Virus record (IMG/VR): IMGVR_UViG_3300020195_000033
Span: 1 to 53,677 of that record
Direction: 5' to 3' (one strand)
Length of the DNA: 53,677 nt
From: a virus
Taxonomy: Duplodnaviria > Caudoviricetes
Shown: positions 10,282 to 17,526 of the stretch, in pieces
Numbering within the stretch: position 1 is the first letter of the stretch
Layout: each line of letters begins with the position of its first letter
The notes under the pieces: model-generated
Told to the model about the DNA's origin: nothing
The model's database searches: none
The model's input: only the letters and a program-made list of their open reading frames with translations
Made by a program: the position numbers and the translations under genes

Positions 10282-10603
10282 CGGACATTTTCATGTTCAT
10301 CGACTCTAGAACCTCGTCGACAGTCGGATCGTTGGCGACACCCACGATCGGTGACGGCGCGAAGGTGTCATCAGCGGGCTGCTCTACCGCCTCAGCCTGC
10401 GCCTCACTGACGCTACGAGCCGTCTGCGACCGAGACACCCTCGCATCCGTTGAAGGCACTAGCCGCAACGTGGAGGGCCGATCAGCGACCTTTGTGACAC
10501 GATCCCCGTAGTTCGCGATGATCTTCGCGCCCTCGTCGTCCGAAACTTCGATCAGATCACCGTTGCGGCGACCCAAGATCGGGGCGTTCATTCTCAGCAG
10601 CAT
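10265..10603 (-). CDS. hypothetical structural-operon protein
   Basis: Overlap-coupled with both neighbours. Confidence 0.55.
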   Translation of the reverse strand: MLLRMNAPILGRRNGDLIEVSDDEGAKIIANYGDRVTKVADRPSTLRLVPSTDARVSRSQTARSVSEAQAEAVEQPADDTFAPSPIVGVANDPTVDEVLESMNMKMSDGDRD

Positions 10604-11106
10604 GGCAAAAACTCCCAAACAACCTCAGCCCAATATTGGGCGCAACCCTCTGTGAGCGAGTGATTAGCGATCGTCACGTTACCACAGCGGCACATTCCGG
10701 CGTCGTTGATGCAGCACCGCAACGCCTGAATCAGCAGCCACGCCTCTTCGACAAGCATCAGCGCGAGCGCGTTGCGAACCGTGTCGACCGGTGGCGCACC
10801 GTTGATGCTCTTACCGTCGAACGCTGGCGCACAGTCCTTCACCGTCACACGAAACGAGTTAGTCAGCACAAGGTCACACGGATCGCAGCCGGTGATAATC
10901 CCCGGCCCCACGTTAGGGCCACGGTCGAACGGGCCGAGCGACTCGACGACAAGCATCCGCGGGCAGCACCCGTACGGCGAATCCACACCTTCAGCACCTT
11001 GAAGAATCAGCGCCGGTACACCGTCAGGACGGCCAGCTAGATGCTCAGTCGCACAGTTCGTCAGAAACGCCAGGACCTCTAGCGGATCGTTGAGACAGTC
11101 CGCCAC
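10594..11106 (-). CDS. tail terminator-like protein (Cys-rich)
   Basis: GTG at 11106 just after the major tail stop; synteny with actinophage tail terminators. Confidence 0.55.
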   Translation of the reverse strand: MADCLNDPLEVLAFLTNCATEHLAGRPDGVPALILQGAEGVDSPYGCCPRMLVVESLGPFDRGPNVGPGIITGCDPCDLVLTNSFRVTVKDCAPAFDGKSINGAPPVDTVRNALALMLVEEAWLLIQALRCCINDAGMCRCGNVTIANHSLTEGCAQYWAEVVWEFLPCC

Positions 11107-11107
11107 G

Positions 11108-11824
11108 TTAGATGTTGTCGAGTGCCCGCAACTCGCAACCCTCAACAGGGTCGAGCGTCGGACAGTCCACCAAACGAATGTGGTCGTAACTGGTGCCCGC
11201 GGCGACGTTCGCGATCCACGGAGTCCAGTAATCCAACTCGTCGGGAGGCAAATCGAAGCTGGGGCCTGCCCCCGTCAACTCGAACAGCCGACCTGAAGGC
11301 ATCACAGCGCGAGCCGTGTACGCGCCACGAACCGTCGTCTTGCCGTCAGCGGTGCGCTCCTGAGTGTCCTTCCACAGCTTGATCTCAGGGATCAGCCATG
11401 CGAGACACTGCGAGTTACCCGTCGCGTCGCAAAGCGTCGGCGTGTCGAACAGAATCTCAGCGCCGAGCTTCGGGCAGGCGGCGAGCTTCTCCCGGTCGAA
11501 CCCGATCACGACCCCTGTGTCGAGCACAAGTGAGCCGTAACCGGTGAGCGCGTCAAGCGACCAGTTGTCTTTGCATTCGGTGAACGTCAACGTGCGGCCA
11601 CGGTCGATCGGGCACGCCTGATCGTCGACGCACGTTTCGCCCGTCACGTCAGTAATCGTCTCGTCAGTGCCGTCGTCGATCACGTTCGCCCACTTGATCG
11701 ACTCGAACCCCGTCCAGTCGAGAACCGTCGTCCCGGTTATCTTCATGCGTCCGCAGTCGTCCAACTCAAAGAGCCGGACGCGTCTGATCTTCTTCTTCTG
11801 GATGCAGGTCTCGTTCGTCATCAT
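11108..11824 (-). CDS. major tail protein
   Basis: IRRVRLFELDDCG N-terminal motif as in mycobacteriophage cluster-B-like tail tube proteins; AAGGAG SD. Confidence 0.75.
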   Translation of the reverse strand: MMTNETCIQKKKIRRVRLFELDDCGRMKITGTTVLDWTGFESIKWANVIDDGTDETITDVTGETCVDDQACPIDRGRTLTFTECKDNWSLDALTGYGSLVLDTGVVIGFDREKLAACPKLGAEILFDTPTLCDATGNSQCLAWLIPEIKLWKDTQERTADGKTTVRGAYTARAVMPSGRLFELTGAGPSFDLPPDELDYWTPWIANVAAGTSYDHIRLVDCPTLDPVEGCELRALDNI

Positions 11825-11885
11825 GCGCTCCTTGCGTAGTTGTTGTGGACTATACCGTGCCGGTCAAAGAGGCGCATGGATACCA

Positions 11886-12665
11886 TCACGGCGCTACCGG
11901 AACTGGAATCTCTGAAGCCTCGAACCATTCAGACGGGTCGAGCATGCGCGACCGGCGACCCTTCGGACACGGATACGCGTCCAACGCCATCTTCACCGAC
12001 TTGACCGCGAGCAACCCCGTTTCTAACCGCACCGTCACACCGTCACGCGTGACACTCACCGCGTTCTCCGGCACATCGCACACTTCACCAGCGCACGACT
12101 TCGCGAGCTGACACGCCAAGTCGACAGCCGCGAACAGCAACGCAGGACCAGGCATCTCACCGACAGTCACATCGACAGACCAAGTACCAGCCGCACCGTC
12201 AGGAACGTTCAAGTCCTGCGGGGGCCAACACCACAGCACACCCAAGATCGGCGGCAAAGCAGTCGCGTCAGCCTTCAACGGCACAAGATACTTCCCGCCG
12301 TTCGTGATCTCATACTCGGTCGCCGCGATCGCGACCCCATCAATTTTCACACCGTCGACCGAGATGATCGGGTAGGCGACATGCTCAGACAAGTCGTAGC
12401 GCTGCCAGTCGCAGCCGCCGTCGCAAATCTTCCCGCAGGAACACGTCTTAGTGCAAGGCCGGATACGCGTCGTGCAGATCGCGAACCGCTTGCACGTCTT
12501 ACGCCACAGCAGATCGACCGCGACCGCATAGAAACGATCGTCAACAGGGTCGATAGAGCAGGCACACAGATCGGTGTCAAGCGGCCAAATGATCTGCGTA
12601 GAAACAGGCTCAGCCGTGTTCGGCACCCAACCCTGAGACGAAGTGATCGGACAGTTCAATACCAC
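11886..12665 (-). CDS. head-to-tail adaptor
   Basis: LLWRKT...IRPC...VDGVKIDG...WPPQDL...GTWSV...LAKSCAGEVCDVP..VSVTRDGV pattern of cluster-B-like adaptors. Confidence 0.75.
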   Translation of the reverse strand: MVLNCPITSSQGWVPNTAEPVSTQIIWPLDTDLCACSIDPVDDRFYAVAVDLLWRKTCKRFAICTTRIRPCTKTCSCGKICDGGCDWQRYDLSEHVAYPIISVDGVKIDGVAIAATEYEITNGGKYLVPLKADATALPPILGVLWCWPPQDLNVPDGAAGTWSVDVTVGEMPGPALLFAAVDLACQLAKSCAGEVCDVPENAVSVTRDGVTVRLETGLLAVKSVKMALDAYPCPKGRRSRMLDPSEWFEASEIPVPVAP

Positions 12666-12698
12666 AGCCGGAACCTTACCCGCCGCTCGTCAAGCCGG

Positions 12699-13085
12699 TC
12701 ACGGAGCAACACCTAGCGCGTCACAGCTCTCGCCACGAGACGAGACTCTCTCGTCGATCACACTGAGAATCGGACCCGTAGTCGCAGAACCCGAATCAGC
12801 GGACAACACGATCATTCTGAGAACTAGCCACAGATCGTTACGGCCCTCAGCGGCCTCAACGCACGAATGATACGCAGCGCGATGCACAGCCTCACGCGCC
12901 TCGACAGCCGAACGTAAGTCCCCCTGACGACTCGACTCATCAAGCGTTTGTATCTGATAGATCACCGCCGAGAAAGCGAAAACAAGAAACGCGCTGATCC
13001 CAAGGACGTGTTTTACTCGCCCGGTCACTTCTCTGTCTAGCCACACTCTGACGCGACCGAGGATCATCGTAAGACTGCGAATCAT
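12699..13085 (-). CDS. membrane protein (1 TM)
   Basis: Hydrophobic VLGISAFLVFAFSAVIY followed by a helical domain with two Cys. Confidence 0.55.
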   Translation of the reverse strand: MIRSLTMILGRVRVWLDREVTGRVKHVLGISAFLVFAFSAVIYQIQTLDESSRQGDLRSAVEAREAVHRAAYHSCVEAAEGRNDLWLVLRMIVLSADSGSATTGPILSVIDERVSSRGESCDALGVAP

Positions 13086-13272
13086 CTTGACTCCCTCGCG
13101 CTGTAACCCCGAGCAGCAAAGTGACCACCGTGCCTGACAGCACAGCGATAGCGGACACGACAGTCGGGGTGAGCGCGTTCGGATTGACCGTCGTGAGATA
13201 GACGAGCACGAACACGACCGTCACAGCGAGCAGATACGCGATGCGACGCGACGCGATCCCCGGCCTGTTCAT
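12940..13272 (-). CDS. membrane protein (2 TM)
   Basis: Two hydrophobic stretches in the first 60 aa; 3' end overlaps the next gene. Confidence 0.5.
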   Translation of the reverse strand: MNRPGIASRRIAYLLAVTVVFVLVYLTTVNPNALTPTVVSAIAVLSGTVVTLLLGVTARGSQDDSQSYDDPRSRQSVARQRSDRASKTRPWDQRVSCFRFLGGDLSDTNA

Positions 13273-13305
13273 GTCTCATCATCCATACTCGCTGGACAAC
13301 TACCC

Positions 13306-14535
13306 TTAGGGCGCAATCCCGGCAACCCATGCCGCCCCATTCCAGTACGCGGTAGAAGCATCGCCCAGCACAACCCTCTGACCCGTCGTCCACGCAGCGC
13401 CGACGTACACGCCGTCACCGATCGTGAGACTCGCAGCCAAGTCAGCGAAGTTGTCAGGCGCAGTCGACCACGCAGGAACGAACACGCCCGGGATACCAGC
13501 AGTCACGTTCGTCGGCTCTGTCCGCGGGGCATCACCCACGATCCACGTCGACCCGTTCCAGTGAGCGTGAGACGCATCGCCTAGCAGAACGTACTGACCC
13601 AACGACCACGGATTCACCGGCGCAGCAGTACCACCGACACCGACAGTCGGATCAGCGATGAGCGCAGCCAACGACTCAGGAATCGTCGCTCTCGACGGAG
13701 TGAACGAACCCGGCGCGCCAGCCGTAACCCCTGCGATCGCCGGGAGAGCACACCCGTCGCACGCTGGGATACAGAACACGATCTTGAACGAACCGCACGG
13801 ATCGAACCGTACGACCGCTCGCCGCTCTGCGATCCTCTCGACCATGTTCTGTCGACGCTCGCTCAGCGAAGTCTCTTTCAACGCCGGAGCAGTCCCAACA
13901 CCGAGCGCATACTCGACGTTCCCGGTGATATACGCCCATCCAGCGGTTTCGTCGATCACAGCAGCCGCCAGAACCCCGTAACCGGTCCCGAACACGACAT
14001 TCACCAAGTCATTCACAGCAGACGACGAATCCCAGTACGGCGCAGCCCACGACGGGAAGTGAATCGTCGGCTTGTCAAAGATACCGACAGCCTGACGGGC
14101 CTGTAGCAGCGCCGTCACCGCGTTAGCCATGCACACCGCGCCAGCAGGCGTGATATCAGTCAAACCGACAAGCGACGGATTCGAGCAAACACCAACCTCT
14201 AACCCCGCGGTCACCCAGCCCTCAACGTTTGAGCGCAGCCAAGAATCAGCGACAGCCTGCCAGTTCCCAAGCGCCGAAGTACCAGCCGTGCACCCGATCA
14301 CCTGATACACGTCGAACGACGAGAAGGTCACGACACTCGACGCGAGCGGCGACTCCTTCAGCGTCGGAACTTCCCCACTCTCAGAGTCATCACAGCACCA
14401 AGTCCCACCGGCAGGACACGCAGAAAGAACCTGCCAACCGAACTGCCATTCCTCAGGATCAATGTCAGCCGCAGCGTCACGCGCTACAGAGAACAAGCCA
14501 CCCGCAGGGGGTGTTGCTTCGATGATCGGCTTCAC
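13306..14535 (-). CDS. capsid pentamer-type protein with duplicated C-terminal decoration domain
   Basis: GGLFSVA..W..G, IHFP, VVFGTGYG, WAYITG, N...IAERRAVVRFDPC motifs; directly after the main capsid gene. Confidence 0.7.
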   Translation of the reverse strand: MKPIIEATPPAGGLFSVARDAAADIDPEEWQFGWQVLSACPAGGTWCCDDSESGEVPTLKESPLASSVVTFSSFDVYQVIGCTAGTSALGNWQAVADSWLRSNVEGWVTAGLEVGVCSNPSLVGLTDITPAGAVCMANAVTALLQARQAVGIFDKPTIHFPSWAAPYWDSSSAVNDLVNVVFGTGYGVLAAAVIDETAGWAYITGNVEYALGVGTAPALKETSLSERRQNMVERIAERRAVVRFDPCGSFKIVFCIPACDGCALPAIAGVTAGAPGSFTPSRATIPESLAALIADPTVGVGGTAAPVNPWSLGQYVLLGDASHAHWNGSTWIVGDAPRTEPTNVTAGIPGVFVPAWSTAPDNFADLAASLTIGDGVYVGAAWTTGQRVVLGDASTAYWNGAAWVAGIAP

Positions 14536-14557
14536 GCGCTACCCCTTTCAGTAAGGC

Positions 14558-14587
14558 CCCCTCGCCCGTCGCGTGGACGGACGAGGG
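14558..14587 (-). terminator. GC-rich hairpin between the capsid hexamer and pentamer genes
   Basis: ccctcgcccgtc-gcgtg-gacggacgaggg inverted repeat; no U-tract. Confidence 0.4.
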
Positions 14588-14601
14588 AGACGCTCACAGT
14601 G

Positions 14602-16245
14602 TTAGACGCAGGCGGCGCGCTTGCCGTTAGCAGCAAGGCCAGAGAACACGACCGTCGCAGCAGGCTTGCATCCGAGCTTCGCGAGGCCCTGGGACAGCTC
14701 ACCGAACCATGTCACCTTGTTCTGGCGCTTGTTCGCCAAGTCGGGGATGATGCCGAACGTGTCCCCGCCAGGACTCATCATCGCGAAGTCGTTGCTGTCG
14801 AAGAGGCGGATACGCCACGTCGTCGGACGAGCCGGGACGGCGATAGCGACACCGCCGGGGGGGTTGATCGGCAAGAACGGCGACCACGGCCCGGTGCCAA
14901 CAGCGTCGGAGAAGTCCGGCGTGACAGCGATGCGACCGAACCCGAGGTCCCTGAACAGTTCCTCAGCAGCCTCAGCAGCCTCACGCCCGTTGCATGCCAT
15001 CGCGTTGTCAAGATGCAAGTGCTGCAACAGACCGGCCTCGATGCCGATGGTGTAGCCCGACATGTCGAGCTGACGGTTCGCCGCAGCGAAAGCGCCCATG
15101 AGCCGCCCGATCACGTCATACACCGTGATCGTCGCACCGAACGTGCCAGCCGCCTGCGTGTAACTCGACGAAAGATCGTCGAACATGCGCAACAGCTGGC
15201 CGTCACCAACGCGAGCGGTCGCTGCACGAACCGCCGAGATAGCGGAACCGACAGCCTCCGGCGAGGTCATCGACTGGAACACTGGCATCGAAATGCACTG
15301 TGTGACAGCTTCGACCCCAGCGGTCACTGTGGGCAGACAGCCAATGTCCAGGCAGTCCTTCCAAGTCGTCGGGTCGGCAGGGTCAACAAGGTCCTGCTGC
15401 GTCTGATCCCAGGTGTTCACGCCGCCGATCACGTCAGCGATGCCGAACCCGCGGTAGAACTGGATTTGACCGTGAGTCGACTGAACCTGACGGAACCACG
15501 ACGGGACGTACCGCTCAGCGTTGTCGCATTGCGGAACGTCGCGCAGAATGTCAGCGGGACCGCAAATGTCGAACGGGTCAGCCGCAGCGACCAAACCGGT
15601 CGGCGTTGACTGTGCCGTCGCGTTACGAACCTGCTCAGCGAAGATGCGAGTGTTCTCGCTACGCGAGTTGTCCGACGACACGATGCCTGCCGAAGCCTGC
15701 ATCGCCGGGGCCAACGTGACGAGCGGAAGCGACTTGCCGTTCTGCCCCTTGTCGTGAGCGAACTGACGCACCATCGCGCCAACATCGTCGAGCGTCACAG
15801 CCTCGTTGGCGCGGAACGCTCCGAGAGTCGCCGCCGCCGAAGCAACAAGCGTCTGACGTGGCGCTGCAACATCGTCAGCGGTCACCGGCTCATGTCGAAC
15901 CGACACAGCAGCCGAGAGCGCAGCAGCAGCAGCCATCGCTTCAGCCATGTCAGCTTCCTGACCGACTACGAACGTCTCCGTAGCAGCATCCGAAGCAACA
16001 GCCTCAGGAACCGGGACAGTGGGCAGGTCGTTGACCGCCTCGACCGGTGCAAGCACAACGGTCAGAGCCTCAACGACAGCGTTGGTGTCGATCGCCAAAC
16101 GGCGATGCTCTTGCGCTTCAGCGAGAGTCAACGTCCCCGCCTCGCGTGCGGCAGCCAGTTCAGCCAACCGTGCAGTGTTCGCGGCGTGACGATCACGCAA
16201 CGCGTCCGCGCTCAGGGCCTCAAGCCCAAGGATTTCATCACTCAT
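14602..16245 (-). CDS. major capsid (hexamer-type) protein with N-terminal scaffold region
   Basis: Ala/Glu coiled-coil N-terminus, then GLVAAADPFDICGP... capsid body ending LAANGKRAAC; start re-called at MSDEILG. Confidence 0.85.
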   Translation of the reverse strand: MSDEILGLEALSADALRDRHAANTARLAELAAAREAGTLTLAEAQEHRRLAIDTNAVVEALTVVLAPVEAVNDLPTVPVPEAVASDAATETFVVGQEADMAEAMAAAAALSAAVSVRHEPVTADDVAAPRQTLVASAAATLGAFRANEAVTLDDVGAMVRQFAHDKGQNGKSLPLVTLAPAMQASAGIVSSDNSRSENTRIFAEQVRNATAQSTPTGLVAAADPFDICGPADILRDVPQCDNAERYVPSWFRQVQSTHGQIQFYRGFGIADVIGGVNTWDQTQQDLVDPADPTTWKDCLDIGCLPTVTAGVEAVTQCISMPVFQSMTSPEAVGSAISAVRAATARVGDGQLLRMFDDLSSSYTQAAGTFGATITVYDVIGRLMGAFAAANRQLDMSGYTIGIEAGLLQHLHLDNAMACNGREAAEAAEELFRDLGFGRIAVTPDFSDAVGTGPWSPFLPINPPGGVAIAVPARPTTWRIRLFDSNDFAMMSPGGDTFGIIPDLANKRQNKVTWFGELSQGLAKLGCKPAATVVFSGLAANGKRAACV

Positions 16246-16564
16246 TTGGGGCCTCCGCCTCATCGGTTGGTGCTTCTTCTTCAGATGGCGGGGCGTCGTC
16301 CGCTAGTACTTCTTCTTCGGTCACTTCTTCTTCGGGCACTTCAACAGCTTGCGCCGCTCTCTGTGACCTCGACTTCTTCACTGAAGTCCCCGGCCCTTCG
16401 AGAATCTCAGCGCCGTACATAGCAACAGCGTCGTCAGCTTCAGCCTGAGTGCTCGCACGCGAAAGATCGCCGTTCTTGTAACGGAGCAGAAACGTTCCGT
16501 GTACCGGATCGACCGGACTCATACGCAGCGCACCCGAGCCGCCGCAGCCCTTGCAGCCGCTCAC
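16238..16564 (-). CDS. small Cys-leader protein (MSGCKGCGG) with acidic tail
   Basis: Coupled to both neighbours; immediately upstream of the capsid gene. Confidence 0.65.
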   Translation of the reverse strand: MSGCKGCGGSGALRMSPVDPVHGTFLLRYKNGDLSRASTQAEADDAVAMYGAEILEGPGTSVKKSRSQRAAQAVEVPEEEVTEEEVLADDAPPSEEEAPTDEAEAPNE

Positions 16565-16809
16565 AGACTCGCCACTTCTACTTCAGACGCGATGATGTTT
16601 GCCAGCGCAGCCTCAAGGTCATTGATTCGCGCTTCGAGTAGAGCTAAGCGCTCATCCCCTTGCGCTCCCGCAGCCGTGAGAGCTCCATTGACAACTCGAT
16701 CAATCCGCTCGCCTGCAGCCGCAGTGATTTCAGCGACAGCAGCTTCGAGTGGATCAGTGTTCTTACAATCGCACGTCATAGCGCGCAGGCTAACAGCACA
16801 GCCCGTCAC
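16561..16809 (-). CDS. small coiled-coil, scaffold-like protein
   Basis: RLALLEARINDLEAALA coiled coil; contains an LTAA motif; start uncertain (MTCDC at 16779 possible). Confidence 0.5.
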   Translation of the reverse strand: MTGCAVSLRAMTCDCKNTDPLEAAVAEITAAAGERIDRVVNGALTAAGAQGDERLALLEARINDLEAALANIIASEVEVASL

Positions 16810-16830
16810 TAACCGCGCATGGTCGCGCGA

Positions 16831-17229
16831 TCAGACGTGAGCGAGAGCTTCAGCACCCGGATCAAAGTCGGGGTCGATCCCCGCACGATCGCAGAACGCG
16901 ACCCACATCGCACGCTTCGGGACTTCCTTCGGGCCGCGGAACGCAGCCACTTCGAGATTCTCGAAGTCCTCCTTCGACTCGACGAACTTCGCCGGGTCAG
17001 CGTAGAAACGTGAACGTGCGACACCCGCGGCCATCAGATCCGCGAACGGTTCCAGCCCGTCCTCTGCGGTAACAACGTCGATCCCCGCCTGCGTGTACCG
17101 ATCCCACGCGGCGACAGCAGCCGGGGTATCGGCAGCGGTCTGCGACCATTCATCGCGTGCGTCTTGCTCGACGCTCAACGCCTGAGCCACCTTCTGACGT
17201 GCATCTAGGTAACCGGAAACGTCACTCAT
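16831..17229 (-). CDS. hypothetical helical protein
   Basis: AAGGAG SD; 132 aa. Confidence 0.65.
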   Translation of the reverse strand: MSDVSGYLDARQKVAQALSVEQDARDEWSQTAADTPAAVAAWDRYTQAGIDVVTAEDGLEPFADLMAAGVARSRFYADPAKFVESKEDFENLEVAAFRGPKEVPKRAMWVAFCDRAGIDPDFDPGAEALAHV

Positions 17230-17256
17230 CCATTGCTCCTTGTCTTTGAGGGGTGT

Positions 17257-17484
17257 TCATCCGAACGGGAGAGAGGCGTCGCGACCACTAGCGAGAGTTT
17301 CAGCCCACCATTCCACGGCCACAGCGTAAACCTTGTCACGCTCAGCAGACGGCGGGATCATTGACTCAGAGAGCGGGATACCCAGCTCAGCTTCGACGTA
17401 CAGACGTACCACCTGCTCAGTGGTCAGATCAGACGGCTCAGCCTCACCGTCGCCCTCGAATATCGCCGGGTCAAACGTCACCAT
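17257..17484 (-). CDS. small acidic protein, candidate immunity/antitoxin
   Basis: GAAGGAG SD; own promoter; directly after the zeta-toxin-like domain. Confidence 0.6.
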   Translation of the reverse strand: MVTFDPAIFEGDGEAEPSDLTTEQVVRLYVEAELGIPLSESMIPPSAERDKVYAVAVEWWAETLASGRDASLPFG

Positions 17485-17506
17485 ACAGAATCTCCTTCGC
17501 TCAACT

Positions 17507-17526
17507 TACAACGCTCATTGTATCAC
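17507..17526 (-). promoter_or_regulatory. extended -10 promoter (TGaTACAAT) overlapping operator TACAAt-N4-GTTGTA
   Basis: Minus strand reads gTGaTACAATgagcGTTGTAag; matches the operator family at 24536, 28191, 38583 and 44358. Confidence 0.6.

Noticed and set aside
14599-15609. 336-aa ORF antisense to the capsid gene (and similar ORFs against the tape measure gene)
   Set aside because: Expected in high-GC DNA; no recognisable domain.
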